Positions 1 through 10,289 of a stretch of 57,974 bases of DNA are shown here, one piece after another; position 1 is the first letter of the stretch, and every line of letters starts with the position of its first letter. Position numbers and translations under genes: made by a program. The notes below the pieces were generated by a model that was not told the DNA's origin, ran no database searches, and was given only the letters and a program-made list of their open reading frames with translations. The stretch spans positions 1 through 57,974 of the forward strand of contig JAPLDY010000033.1 of assembly GCA_026391595.1 (NCBI GenBank), in the 5' to 3' direction. This DNA comes from Bacteroidia bacterium (GTDB taxonomy: Bacteria > Bacteroidota > Bacteroidia > Bacteroidales > VadinHA17).

Positions 1-572
1 GGATCTTTATTGCAGTCTTACCGGGATGGTTTGGCGTACCAACGAATTCGATAGTAGAAAAAATAACAATCGGACAAATCGCAAAAAGCGTCTTTATTTA
101 TCTCGGTATCCCATTCATTGCAGGATTTCTGACGCGATTCATCTTAATCAGGATTAAAAGCAAGGAATGGTACCATTCAAAATTCATTCCTAAAATCAGC
201 CCCATTACACTTATAGCATTGTTATTCACCATTTTAGTGATGTTCTCATTAAAAGGAGAATACATTGTAAAATTGCCGCTGGACGTTGTATTGATAGCCG
301 TTCCACTCATAATTTATTTCTTAATTATGTTTATATCTTCATTTTTTATAAGCAGGAGGGCAGGAGCAAATTATGGGCAAACCGTCACCCTTTCATTTAC
401 GGCAGCAAGCAATAACTTTGAACTTGCAATTGCGGTTGCAATAGCGGTTTTCGGTATAAATTCCGATGAGGCATTTACTGCTGTAATAGGCCCTCTTGTT
501 GAAGTACCGGTAATGATATTACTGGTAAATGTAGCTTTGAATTTCAAGAAACGCCTTTTCTTTTACCATTAA
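1..572 (+). CDS. acr3: ACR3-family arsenite efflux permease, 5'-truncated by the window edge
   Basis: Frame 3 is open from the window edge ([13 protein letters not shown]...). The C-terminal part, [55 protein letters not shown], matches the conserved ACR3-type arsenite carrier C-terminus. The ORF-track ATG at 219 is internal. Confidence 0.8.
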   Translation, partial: IFIAVLPGWFGVPTNSIVEKITIGQIAKSVFIYLGIPFIAGFLTRFILIRIKSKEWYHSKFIPKISPITLIALLFTILVMFSLKGEYIVKLPLDVVLIAVPLIIYFLIMFISSFFISRRAGANYGQTVTLSFTAASNNFELAIAVAIAVFGINSDEAFTAVIGPLVEVPVMILLVNVALNFKKRLFFYH

Positions 573-583
573 TCCTTATAAAT

Positions 584-1027
584 ATGCTTCTTAAATTATC
601 GCTTCTGGCGCTCTTCGGTATTGCAATGGCCCACTTCGAGGGTGTCGTCGTTGTCTATCTCCGGAAAGCCCTGGGAATACTTGATTCTGAGTCAAACAAA
701 GTATCTGTTGAAAAGTTTCCAAAACGCTTTCTATATATCGAGATGACCCGCGAAGTAGCAACAATAATCATGCTGGTGGTTATTGCTTATCTTGTCGGAA
801 CTACATGGCTCGAAAAAGGGATCTTCTTCCTCTGGACATTCGCATTCTGGGATCTCTTTTATTATCTATCACTTTATATCCTTATCAAATGGCCTCCGAC
901 ATTAAAAACCATCGATGTCCTGTTCCTCATTCCGGTTCCATGGATAGCACCGGTATGGTTCCCGATCGGTGTTTCGTTACTTACAATTGTTTCAATATCA
1001 GTATTGTACCTGATGAATGTTCTCTGA
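584..1027 (+). CDS. small polytopic membrane protein, unknown function
   Basis: 147-aa ORF with about 4 hydrophobic segments, tightly packed between acr3 and the MFS gene. No recognisable motif. Confidence 0.55.
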   Translation: MLLKLSLLALFGIAMAHFEGVVVVYLRKALGILDSESNKVSVEKFPKRFLYIEMTREVATIIMLVVIAYLVGTTWLEKGIFFLWTFAFWDLFYYLSLYILIKWPPTLKTIDVLFLIPVPWIAPVWFPIGVSLLTIVSISVLYLMNVL

Positions 1028-2336
1028 CAGGATAAATACAATATTCCGTTCGCTGAAATACAGGAACTATCGTTTGTTTTTCAGTGGACAGAGCCTGTCC
1101 CTCATCGGAACATGGATGCAGCGTATTGCATTGCCATGGCTGGTATACCACATGACCGGTTCAGCATTTTTGCTGGGAGTGGTAAGCTTTGCCGGACAGA
1201 TCCCGACCTTCATTCTTTCTCCGTTTGCCGGAGTTCTTACTGACCGGTTCAACCGGTATAAAGTATTATTGTTAACCCAGATATTATCCCTTGTACAGGC
1301 ATCCATTCTTGCGATCCTGGCCCTTACCGGAACAATAGAGATCTGGCATATTGTCACTTTGAGCATTCTGATTGGTTGCATAAATGCTTTTGATGTCCCC
1401 TCACGTCATTCTTTTGTAATTGAAATGATCGAGAAGAAGGAGGATCTGGGGAATGCCATTGCACTGAATTCATTGATGTTCAATGGCGCCAGGATAATAG
1501 GTCCTTCAATCGCAGGGTTAATGCTTGCCACGGCAGGGGAGGGGATCTGCTTTCTTTTAAATGCTGTCAGTTATATTTTTGTGATTGCTTCGCTATTTAT
1601 GATGAAATTGAGACCAAGGGAATTGCCCAGGAAAAAGATTCATCTTTTGAAGGAACTCAGGGAAGGTCTTGTTTACACATTTGGTTTTGCACCAATTAAA
1701 CATCTTATACTTTTACTTGCTGTTGTAAGCCTGATGGGATCGTCATACCAGGTGCTCATGCCTGTTTTTGCAAAAGAAGTATTGCATGGCGGATCGGAGA
1801 CATTCGGATTCCTGATGGGTGCAGCTGGTCTGGGGGCACTTCTGGGAGCAATATTTCTGGCTTCGCGTGAATCTGTTCTTAAGCTTGGAAGGATCATTCC
1901 GGCGGCAGCCGGCCTTTTTGGTGCGGGGTTGATAGTTTTGTCTTTCCTGAAAGTGTTTCCTGTAACACTGGTACTTATGGTCTTAATAGGTGTTGGTTTG
2001 ATGCTGCATACCGCATCCAGCAATACAATCCTGCAAACGATTACTGATGATGACAAGCGAGGCAGGGTGATGAGTTTTTATACCATGGCAATAATGGGAA
2101 CGGCTCCTTTCGGAAGCCTTCTTGCAGGTTTTCTTGCCAAATACATAGGTGCTCCATACACGATTCTTGTTGGCGGACTGGCCTGTGTTGCCGGGGCCCT
2201 TATCTTCTTCAGAAAACTTCCTGCACTGAAAAATATTGTTCGGCCCGTATATGTGAAAATGGGAATAATACCGGAAGTTGCCACCGGTATCCAAACTGCC
2301 TCGGAACCTGAGGCAAAGCAATCTGAAATGCTTTAG
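1017..2336 (+). CDS. MFS transporter (MFS_3 / EntS-like)
   Basis: 439 aa with roughly 12 hydrophobic segments. The N-terminus FRSLKYRNYRLFFSGQSLSLIGTWMQRIALPWLV is typical of this MFS subfamily. Confidence 0.85.
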   Translation: MFSDRINTIFRSLKYRNYRLFFSGQSLSLIGTWMQRIALPWLVYHMTGSAFLLGVVSFAGQIPTFILSPFAGVLTDRFNRYKVLLLTQILSLVQASILAILALTGTIEIWHIVTLSILIGCINAFDVPSRHSFVIEMIEKKEDLGNAIALNSLMFNGARIIGPSIAGLMLATAGEGICFLLNAVSYIFVIASLFMMKLRPRELPRKKIHLLKELREGLVYTFGFAPIKHLILLLAVVSLMGSSYQVLMPVFAKEVLHGGSETFGFLMGAAGLGALLGAIFLASRESVLKLGRIIPAAAGLFGAGLIVLSFLKVFPVTLVLMVLIGVGLMLHTASSNTILQTITDDDKRGRVMSFYTMAIMGTAPFGSLLAGFLAKYIGAPYTILVGGLACVAGALIFFRKLPALKNIVRPVYVKMGIIPEVATGIQTASEPEAKQSEML

Positions 2337-2385
2337 AGTCTGTGAAATTTTAATTATTAAATTTGTTTTAAACGAAAACAGAATC

Positions 2386-2868
2386 ATGGAAATTGCATAC
2401 AGGCATCTTACCAGGGAGGACAATAAAGCAATAGCGGAGCTCATACGCTCAGTATTCAGGGAATTTGGTATTGCCCGTCCGGGAACGGTATATTTTGATC
2501 CCACAACCGACGATATGTTTAAACTTTTCAGCATACCAGGCTCGGAATACTGGATCGCAGAAGATGATAGGAAAATCATAGGGGGATGCGGAATTTATCC
2601 CACGGAAAACCTGCCGGATGGTTGTGGTGAGCTGGTAAAGTTTTACCTGAACGCTTCATACCGGGGAAAAGGAATTGGCAAACAGCTTATGGATATCAGC
2701 ATAGAATCGGCACGAAAGATGAGATACAGACAGCTTTACCTTGAGTCGCTACCGGAACTGGGCAGGGCAATAAGTCTATATGAAAGAGCAGGATTCAAAT
2801 TCATTAATTATAAAATGGGTGATTCTGGCCATTTCGGGTGTAATATCTGGATGCTGAAAGATCTGTAG
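2386..2868 (+). CDS. GNAT family N-acetyltransferase
   Basis: The ORF track starts at 2278, which overlaps the MFS gene. The internal ATG at 2386 (MEIAYRHLTRED...) gives about 160 aa. Acetyl-CoA binding motif YRGKGIGKQLM is present. Confidence 0.8.
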   Translation: MEIAYRHLTREDNKAIAELIRSVFREFGIARPGTVYFDPTTDDMFKLFSIPGSEYWIAEDDRKIIGGCGIYPTENLPDGCGELVKFYLNASYRGKGIGKQLMDISIESARKMRYRQLYLESLPELGRAISLYERAGFKFINYKMGDSGHFGCNIWMLKDL

Positions 2869-2891
2869 TCTATAGTGTCATAAATTTACCA

Positions 2892-5423
2892 ATGAATAAA
2901 AAACGAATAATTCACCAATCTGTCAGTCTGTTATTTGTTTCACTATTAGTATTAAATTTTGTATCAGCAGACGCTCAGCGGCAAATGGAAAACCTGGGAC
3001 GAGGCATTGTTGCTGTTCGCACAGGCACAGGCTCCGTATTTATAAGCTGGCGCCTTTTAAGCCGCGATCCTGAAAACGTTGCCTTTAACGTTTATCGCCA
3101 AACAGATAATAAGAAGCCTGAAAAACTCAATTCACTACCTGTTACATCGGTAACTTATTTTATCGACGACAATGCCAATTTAACCTTGCAGACTGCTTAC
3201 TATGTGACAACCATATCCGAAAATTTGGAAGGTCCTTCATGTAAATCATTTATCTTACCGGCCAATGTATCACAGAGACAATATCTTGCAGTACCGTTAC
3301 AAATCCCGGAACCAGGAGATATCGCAGGGCGGAAGTACTATTATAGCGCAAATGATGCCAGCGTCGGAGATCTGGATGGAGACGGCGAATATGAATTTAT
3401 TTTGAAATGGGACCCATCCAACTCTATCGTAGCTGCACAGGGAGGCTTGACCGGAAATACAGTTATCGATGCCTATGAAATAAATGGGAAGTTGTTGTGG
3501 CGTATTGACCTTGGGAAAAATATCCGTTCAGGGCCTACGTACACTCAGTTCCTTGTGTATGATTTTAATGGTGACGGAAGAGCTGAAATGATTTGTAAAA
3601 CCGCTGATGGTACCATTGACGGTAAAGGCAACTTCATAGGTGATAAAGATAAAGACTGGAGGACTCTGGAATCTTCAGATCCAACCTTCGGAAGAATTGT
3701 CAAAGGCCCGGAGTTTGTAACTGTTTTTGATGGATTAACAGGTAGAGCCCTTGCCACAGAAACTTATATTCCTGAACGTTTTCCTCTCGACGGATGGGGA
3801 GGTATTGGTGGAAACGGAGGGAATGACACAAACGGCGGACGGAGCGATCGTTTTTCGGCCGGGGCAGCTTATCTCGATGGGGTTCACCCAAGTGCTGTAT
3901 TTGTTCGTGGCTGGTACGGCCGTACTGTAGTTGCCGCCTGGGATTACCTCGATGGGAAGCTCACCTCACGATGGGTGTTCGATTCAAAAAACAGTGAAAA
4001 TCCATACTCCGGGCAGGGCAATCACAGTGTCAGTGTTGCTGATGTGGATAATGATGGGAAGAATGAATTTTGCGTAGGAGCCATGACCGTGGATGATGAC
4101 GGCAAAGGGCTTTACACTACAGGCCTTCGCCATGGCGATGCCCTGCATATATCCGATATGGATCCATATCGTCCGGGATTAGAAGTATTTGGCATACATG
4201 AAAATGAAGGAAAGACAATTGAATTGAAAACACCTGGAGCGGCAATGTTTGATGCGAAAACCGGGGAAGTTCTGTTCAGCGTAGGACCTGGTGCAGATGT
4301 CGGACGAGGTGTTGCCGCTGATATCGACCCTGCTCATCCGGGTTTTGAAAACTGGGGTGGGCCCGGCGGACTGAGAGATGTGCATGGTGTAACAATAACT
4401 CCTAAAACACCCTCTTCGACGAACTTCGTAGTATGGTGGGATGGCGATCTCACCCGCGAACTTATAGATAAAAACCGTATTGATAAATGGGACTGGAACC
4501 TGGATAGTACGATAAACCTCTTAACCGCTGAAGGATGCGTCTCGAACAATGGAACCAAAGCAACTCCATGCTTAAGTGCAGATATCTTTGGCGACTGGCG
4601 GGAGGAAGTCATCTGGAGGACCCCCGACAATTCTGAATTACGCGTATATACGACAGTCATTCCCACTGACTACCGTTTCCGTTCATTTATGTGCGATCCG
4701 CAATATCGTCTCAGTATTGCCTGGCAGAATGTTGCATATAATCAACCTCCGCACCCCGGATTCTTTTTTGGTGAAGGGATGAAGTTATCTGCGCTAACAA
4801 ATACCGGTTATAAACTTTTTTTTGCTGACAATTTTAATAATCCCATTGATACAAATATATGGGTGCCGGAAATTGCTACTTTGCCTGATTCAAAAGTGTA
4901 TACGCAGAATGGGAAATTAGTTTTGGACACAAAAGGCGGTGTTACTGTCTGGTTAAAAAGACGCTTAAACGGTAATTTTATAATTGAATTCGACAGGAAG
5001 GTAATTGTGGCAAATGGCAAGAACGACCGCCTATCCGACCTGAATATGTTCTGGATGGCTACCGATCCTCGTAATCAGGATTTGTTCACCAGAAACGGGA
5101 TTCTCGAGAAATATGACTCCCTGCGACTTTATTATGTTGGCATGGGAGGGAACAATAACAGCACAACCCGTTTTAGAAAATACGAAGGTGATGGGACACG
5201 TAGACTTCTGCAGGAATATAAAGATGCTGAACACCTTCTTAAGCCTGACCATACTTATCATATTAAGGTAGTAATGGAGAACGGAAGCACCTCATTATGG
5301 GTAGATAGTATTTGTTACTTCGTCTATAAAGATCCTTCTCCGCTACGGGAAGGTTATTTTGGTTTTCGTTCTACATGGTCGCATCAGGAGATAAGTGGTT
5401 TCAAGGTTTTTTGTCACCAATGA
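2892..5423 (+). CDS. rhamnogalacturonan endolyase (PL11, YesW-like) fused to a C-terminal DUF1961/YesU-like domain
   Basis: Signal peptide, then the PL11-like propeller pattern (FNVYR..., SVGDLDGDGEYEFILKWDPSN, FNGDGRAEMICKTADG, VADVDNDGKNEF, ADIFGDWREEVIW, AWQNVAYNQPPHPGFF). The last ~220 aa (NIWVPEIA...GKLVLDTKGG...FGFRSTW) resemble the DUF1961 beta-sandwich family. Confidence 0.7.
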   Translation: MNKKRIIHQSVSLLFVSLLVLNFVSADAQRQMENLGRGIVAVRTGTGSVFISWRLLSRDPENVAFNVYRQTDNKKPEKLNSLPVTSVTYFIDDNANLTLQTAYYVTTISENLEGPSCKSFILPANVSQRQYLAVPLQIPEPGDIAGRKYYYSANDASVGDLDGDGEYEFILKWDPSNSIVAAQGGLTGNTVIDAYEINGKLLWRIDLGKNIRSGPTYTQFLVYDFNGDGRAEMICKTADGTIDGKGNFIGDKDKDWRTLESSDPTFGRIVKGPEFVTVFDGLTGRALATETYIPERFPLDGWGGIGGNGGNDTNGGRSDRFSAGAAYLDGVHPSAVFVRGWYGRTVVAAWDYLDGKLTSRWVFDSKNSENPYSGQGNHSVSVADVDNDGKNEFCVGAMTVDDDGKGLYTTGLRHGDALHISDMDPYRPGLEVFGIHENEGKTIELKTPGAAMFDAKTGEVLFSVGPGADVGRGVAADIDPAHPGFENWGGPGGLRDVHGVTITPKTPSSTNFVVWWDGDLTRELIDKNRIDKWDWNLDSTINLLTAEGCVSNNGTKATPCLSADIFGDWREEVIWRTPDNSELRVYTTVIPTDYRFRSFMCDPQYRLSIAWQNVAYNQPPHPGFFFGEGMKLSALTNTGYKLFFADNFNNPIDTNIWVPEIATLPDSKVYTQNGKLVLDTKGGVTVWLKRRLNGNFIIEFDRKVIVANGKNDRLSDLNMFWMATDPRNQDLFTRNGILEKYDSLRLYYVGMGGNNNSTTRFRKYEGDGTRRLLQEYKDAEHLLKPDHTYHIKVVMENGSTSLWVDSICYFVYKDPSPLREGYFGFRSTWSHQEISGFKVFCHQ

Positions 5424-8043
5424 TCCCCGGTAGAAAAATTCCATTGAGTCCCCATTGTGCGACGCTGTTGGTACTTATACGCCGGTTCTCATCCAGTTCG
5501 TTCATCACTTCAGGAGGATATACTTTCTGAGTTGAATACATGGAACGGTTGCTGTAAGAACGTCCTGAAAATTCTGACCATGCTCTTTCAGCCAGTCTGG
5601 GATCGTTCTTAGCCAAAGCTGCATAAGCGGTAAGCCGTGGGATCAGGAAGCCATTCACAGGCAAGTTTACGTTTTTTTCAGAACGCGAAGGATCATTCTT
5701 TGGCATGGAGTAATATTCACAGTACTCCAGCCACGATTTCATAAATTCTTTATGATCGAGAAAAGATAAAAGCTCAAACATCATTTCGGCACCACCCATA
5801 ATTGTAGCAAGATGCATTGAGTGAACCTCATTGCTTTGATCTTCTTCGAGTGTTACAACATCCGTAGCAGGATCGAATCCGAATACTCCTTTCCCTGAAA
5901 AGATTCCATGTGGCATTTTGGAAAAACAGGTCATTCCCGTTACAATCTTATCTCTCCATTTTGTATCTCCGGTGCGTTCCCATTCGGTCATCCAGTTGGA
6001 AACGAGACTGATCCAGTCGGGACCAAAGCGCAAGCGGGCGGGAGCTTTGACAGGGGCCTGATCGAAAGGCAATGCCAGACGCATTGGATCGAGATTGACA
6101 ATGCTGTTTTCGGCGTCAATCATCTCTCGCATAATATCACCTACCCGTTCGTCTGTGGTCAGATAATAATAAAAACGGCGGAATCCAGCCTGAGCGATGC
6201 GGGCTTCTTTGGCCCCGCATCCCCAGTGTGAGACATTGTGTCTCGAACCGAGGCCTTTAAGGCGTCCAATGTGGTAGCAATCGACTTCACCGGTGTGGCG
6301 TGTCATAGCTTCAGCCATTTTGAAAGTTCCGGGATCGCCGGAACGCAAAAAGCTGTACCACAACCACATATCAGGTGCCAGTTCGGAATTGTCCCAGGCC
6401 ATGCCGCCGATATCATAACGCCAAACATGGCGGGGAGGGTCCTGAGAGTGCATGATATCGCCATAATTCCAGAATCCGTACCAATAGTGCTGATCGATCA
6501 TTTTCCGGTAATAAAGAATACTGCTGTCTAATTGATTTTCAATCCACAGCCTGACAGGTGTCGAGCGATCAGGCAAACTCCATAAATTACCAAATGCGCC
6601 AGCCTGATGATAATATACGGGGGTGCTGACTAACCTTGCCGGTTCAGCCCCCTCATGACTCATTGTTGCCATTTTTTCTTTTGATGGCACCGAACTTTGC
6701 GGGAACAGCATCAGTTCGCTGGTACGAGCTACACCATATGGTGTGCTCAATCCTTCCTGGACATCCTCATAGGTAGAATTCAGGCCATGGGCAATTGTAT
6801 CATAATGACGCAGATCCATGGCTTGAGCGTCAGGAGACCACATACATACTTTGAGTTGTCCTTCAGGGCTCCTCGTTTTTTGAACTTCCAGGGAAACAGG
6901 GAAAGATTGCCAGAAGTTCTTAAGGCTTACAGCCAGTCCTCCGCTGACATCACCGGCATAAACAAGTCCTTCAGAACGATTACCAGCTCCTGCTGCCAGC
7001 CAGCTCGATTCAGTGCCGGTGCGTTTGGTTATGGTAAACCCATTGGGTGAGCTCTGAACAAGCTTAAAACCATCCCATACTGCAAAATCTGTCAGCAATT
7101 GTCGATTGGGTTCAGTGTAGGTTGCCTTGTCAGGTATCCGTTCGCCGGTTAATTGTACCTGGTAAGGGTTTCTCATAGCAGGATGTGAGATCATTCGCCG
7201 TCCGTCGAGAGGTTGAATAGGCTCATCCCATAGTCCTCCCTTCTCGCCAGAAAATGCTACATGCCGGTTTTGAATTTCTTCACGAAAGGGTACGTTGAAA
7301 ACTATACTGAGTTCCTTGATAAAATCTTTCTTTTCATCTCCGTCAAAAACGATGCTGTGCACCATCCGTACATCTGATTGTCCGGCATAGAAATAAAGGT
7401 AAATGGAGAAAGGCAGCCATTCCTTTTGACTGGTCAGGGAAAGATGTTTGCCTTCGATTTTTACAACAGCCCGGACAGGTCCGCTTTGTTCCAGTGTCAC
7501 CCTGGATGTTTTTCCTGTAAATTTTTGATAACGAATGATTCCATTGTTTTCAAACTGGCTGCGATCCTCAATAGTACAAATCAGTTGTCCGCCCGAAACC
7601 ACGGTGTTTCCATTAAGAACCATCTCTTCTATAAAATTATTTCCTGAAAGAGGAATGCGTACCTGGAGGAGACCTGTATTGATCTGGAAGTATTTTGCAT
7701 TCCGGGTAACAATCAGTGGATTCTCCGGAGTAAAAGCTTTAGTACCCTGAACCAGAAACGGCCCTTGTTCTTTATCTGACAAAGAGACTGCCATTCCGCT
7801 CCATTTAACGGAACCATCAGGCCAGAAAGCCAGCGGCCAGGTCTGAACAGGAAATATTTTTCCGGTAGATGTTTTAAGGATGAACATCTGATTTTTCTGA
7901 ACTTTACCCTTTTCCCATGGAATACCAAAGCTTTGGCCTTGTCGCGTATCCTGCACCTGGGTTAACCATTTTACCGGAGCTTCCTGGGACATCAAATTCA
8001 TGACCCACAATGCGGTCATAATGAGTACAATAATTCTTTTCAT
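5401..8043 (-). CDS. large secreted polysaccharide-active protein, possibly PL26-like exo-rhamnogalacturonan lyase
   Basis: 880-aa ORF with signal peptide MKRIIVLIMTALWVMNLMSQ. The block HYWYGFWNYGDIMHSQD...WRYDIGGMAWDNSE...GLGSRHNVSHWGCG recalls exo-RG-lyase family proteins from memory only. The 3' end converges on, and overlaps, the PL11 gene by 23 nt. Confidence 0.55.
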   Translation of the reverse strand: MKRIIVLIMTALWVMNLMSQEAPVKWLTQVQDTRQGQSFGIPWEKGKVQKNQMFILKTSTGKIFPVQTWPLAFWPDGSVKWSGMAVSLSDKEQGPFLVQGTKAFTPENPLIVTRNAKYFQINTGLLQVRIPLSGNNFIEEMVLNGNTVVSGGQLICTIEDRSQFENNGIIRYQKFTGKTSRVTLEQSGPVRAVVKIEGKHLSLTSQKEWLPFSIYLYFYAGQSDVRMVHSIVFDGDEKKDFIKELSIVFNVPFREEIQNRHVAFSGEKGGLWDEPIQPLDGRRMISHPAMRNPYQVQLTGERIPDKATYTEPNRQLLTDFAVWDGFKLVQSSPNGFTITKRTGTESSWLAAGAGNRSEGLVYAGDVSGGLAVSLKNFWQSFPVSLEVQKTRSPEGQLKVCMWSPDAQAMDLRHYDTIAHGLNSTYEDVQEGLSTPYGVARTSELMLFPQSSVPSKEKMATMSHEGAEPARLVSTPVYYHQAGAFGNLWSLPDRSTPVRLWIENQLDSSILYYRKMIDQHYWYGFWNYGDIMHSQDPPRHVWRYDIGGMAWDNSELAPDMWLWYSFLRSGDPGTFKMAEAMTRHTGEVDCYHIGRLKGLGSRHNVSHWGCGAKEARIAQAGFRRFYYYLTTDERVGDIMREMIDAENSIVNLDPMRLALPFDQAPVKAPARLRFGPDWISLVSNWMTEWERTGDTKWRDKIVTGMTCFSKMPHGIFSGKGVFGFDPATDVVTLEEDQSNEVHSMHLATIMGGAEMMFELLSFLDHKEFMKSWLEYCEYYSMPKNDPSRSEKNVNLPVNGFLIPRLTAYAALAKNDPRLAERAWSEFSGRSYSNRSMYSTQKVYPPEVMNELDENRRISTNSVAQWGLNGIFLPGIIGDKKP

Positions 8044-8157
8044 AGTTTAAAAAGGGAAGAATAAATAAAATTTCATTAAAAGTATATTTATTATACAGGA
8101 TTTGGAGGCTGAAGGATAGTTAAATAATCAAAATTTCCTATTTTTAATAAAAAATTC

Positions 8158-8736
8158 ATGGGCTTCCTGCAAAAACTCATGCCTCCCGACAGATGGAAAC
8201 TTCCGGTCCTGATAGCCGGTGGCATTTTTACAGGATTATTCCTATATGCTTTTCATCTTTCAAATGCACCATCATATCTTGGCAACAAGCCTGAAGCTTG
8301 TATAAACTGTCATATCATGGCCCCTCAATATGCAACATGGGTGCATAGTTCTCACCGCGAAAAAACAAACTGCAACGATTGCCACGTTCCACATAATAAT
8401 ATATCCAATAAATATTTCTTTAAGGCTAAGGATGGCTTGAGGCATTCCGCAATCTTTACTCTGCGCCTTGAACCACAAGTGATCTTTATCAAAGAGGCCA
8501 GCAGGGAAGTGGTTCATAAAAACTGCTTACGGTGCCATAAAGAATTAATAACCGATACAAAACTTTTAGCCTATACAAGTGAAACACACAATTTCAGAAT
8601 GGAACGAAAATGCTGGGAGTGTCACAGGGAAACACCTCATGGAAGAGTAAACAGCCTCTCCAGTGTTCCCTGGGCCAGGGTGCCTCTTCTTAAATCACCC
8701 ACCCCGGAGTGGTTTGAAAAAATGATAATAGAATGA
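8158..8736 (+). CDS. nrfH: cytochrome c nitrite reductase small subunit NrfH (NapC/NirT tetraheme family)
   Basis: N-terminal TM anchor and four CxxCH heme motifs (CINCH, CNDCH, CLRCH, CWECH). Located directly upstream of nrfA. Confidence 0.9.
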   Translation: MGFLQKLMPPDRWKLPVLIAGGIFTGLFLYAFHLSNAPSYLGNKPEACINCHIMAPQYATWVHSSHREKTNCNDCHVPHNNISNKYFFKAKDGLRHSAIFTLRLEPQVIFIKEASREVVHKNCLRCHKELITDTKLLAYTSETHNFRMERKCWECHRETPHGRVNSLSSVPWARVPLLKSPTPEWFEKMIIE

Positions 8737-8751
8737 TATAAGATAATTATA

Positions 8752-10245
8752 ATGAGATCAATACAGGAAATACTCAAGGGAAGACCATGGCTTGGATGGC
8801 TGATTTTTCTGACTACGGTAGTAATAGTATTTCTTCTTGGGATGCTTGCCTCTTCAATAATGGAAAGAAGAGCTGAAGCAGTATTTGCTTACACTCCAGA
8901 AGTTAAATTTTCGGGGAATGAACCTCGAAGTTCAGTCTGGGGCGAGCTCTTTCCAAGGGAATATGATTCCTATTTAAAAACTGCCGACACAAGCTTCAGA
9001 AGCAAATACAATGGCAGCGCTATGATTGATATGCTCAGGGAATCACCGCGTATGGTTGTCTTGTGGGCAGGATATGCTTTTTCCAAAGAATACAGTCAGG
9101 GGAGAGGCCATTATCATGCAATCGATGATATAAGGAACACACTCAGGACAGGCACCGTCCCCAGTCCTCAGCCAAACACCTGCTGGACATGCAAAAGCCC
9201 TGATGTACCGCGCTTAATGAAGGAAACAGGGACGGCAGGATTTTATTCAGGAACGTGGGATACAAAAGGCTCTGAAATAATAAATCCGATAGGTTGTGCC
9301 GACTGCCATGATGCAAAAACGATGAACCTGCATATTTCGAGGCCAGCTCTCATTGAAGCTTTAGAAGCACAGGGAAGAGACATATCAAAGGTGACTCACC
9401 AGGAAATGAGAAGCCTTGTTTGTGCTCAATGCCATGTTGAATACTATTTCAATAAGAAAAAAATAGAAGGTGTTGCATATTTAACATTTCCCTGGAAAAA
9501 CGGCACTTCTGTCGAAGAGATAGAGAAATACTATGAAGAGACAGGTTTCACAGACTGGACCCATGCTTTAAGCCGCACTCAGATGCTTAAAGCTCAGCAC
9601 CCCGATTATGAGATATTCTTGACAGGAGTACATGCTTCAAGGGGTGTATCATGTGCTGACTGCCATATGCCTTTTATAAGCGAAGGAGGGCAAAAATTCA
9701 CCGATCATCATATTCAGAGTCCGTTGAACAATGTCGCTAACTCCTGTCAGGTTTGCCACAGGGAGGAGACAGAAAAACTTATCAGCGATGTCTATTCGAG
9801 GCAGGATAAGATCATGGAAAACAGGATTATCCTTGAAACACTGCTTGTAAGGTGTCATGTTGAGGCAAAAACAGCATGGGACCTGGGAGCTTCAGAAGAT
9901 CAAATGAAGGATATACTTAATAGTATAAGGAAAGCTCAATGGCGCTGGGATTTTTCTGCTGCAGGACATGGCAATTCATTTCATTCTCCTGTTGAAGTAA
10001 GCAGGATAGTTGCCGGAGGTATTTCTTTTGCCCAGGATGCCAGGGTACAGCTTGCAAGAGTGCTGGCATCACTTGATAATAACAGTGAAATACCTTATCC
10101 CGATATTAATACCAAAGCCAAAGCCCAGGCATTCGTTGGTCTCGACCTGAAGAAATTCAATGAAGAAAAGACAAGTTTCATCGAAACGATCGTACCTCAA
10201 TGGCTAAATGCTGGCAGTGAGAGAGAAAAAGGTTATAATAAATAA
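8752..10245 (+). CDS. nrfA: ammonia-forming pentaheme cytochrome c nitrite reductase NrfA
   Basis: Diagnostic CxxCK active-site heme motif (CWTCK) plus four CxxCH motifs (CADCH, CAQCH, CADCH, CQVCH). 497 aa with an N-terminal anchor/signal. Confidence 0.92.
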   Translation: MRSIQEILKGRPWLGWLIFLTTVVIVFLLGMLASSIMERRAEAVFAYTPEVKFSGNEPRSSVWGELFPREYDSYLKTADTSFRSKYNGSAMIDMLRESPRMVVLWAGYAFSKEYSQGRGHYHAIDDIRNTLRTGTVPSPQPNTCWTCKSPDVPRLMKETGTAGFYSGTWDTKGSEIINPIGCADCHDAKTMNLHISRPALIEALEAQGRDISKVTHQEMRSLVCAQCHVEYYFNKKKIEGVAYLTFPWKNGTSVEEIEKYYEETGFTDWTHALSRTQMLKAQHPDYEIFLTGVHASRGVSCADCHMPFISEGGQKFTDHHIQSPLNNVANSCQVCHREETEKLISDVYSRQDKIMENRIILETLLVRCHVEAKTAWDLGASEDQMKDILNSIRKAQWRWDFSAAGHGNSFHSPVEVSRIVAGGISFAQDARVQLARVLASLDNNSEIPYPDINTKAKAQAFVGLDLKKFNEEKTSFIETIVPQWLNAGSEREKGYNK

Positions 10246-10289
10246 TAAGCTTATACGTTGTAAATTAATGATTTAAAAGTACAGACCTT

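Noticed and set aside
2278-2385. Upstream extension of the GNAT ORF overlapping the MFS gene end
   Set aside because: The extension overlaps the MFS coding sequence by 59 nt and adds a non-GNAT basic leader. The ATG at 2386 gives a standard-length GNAT.
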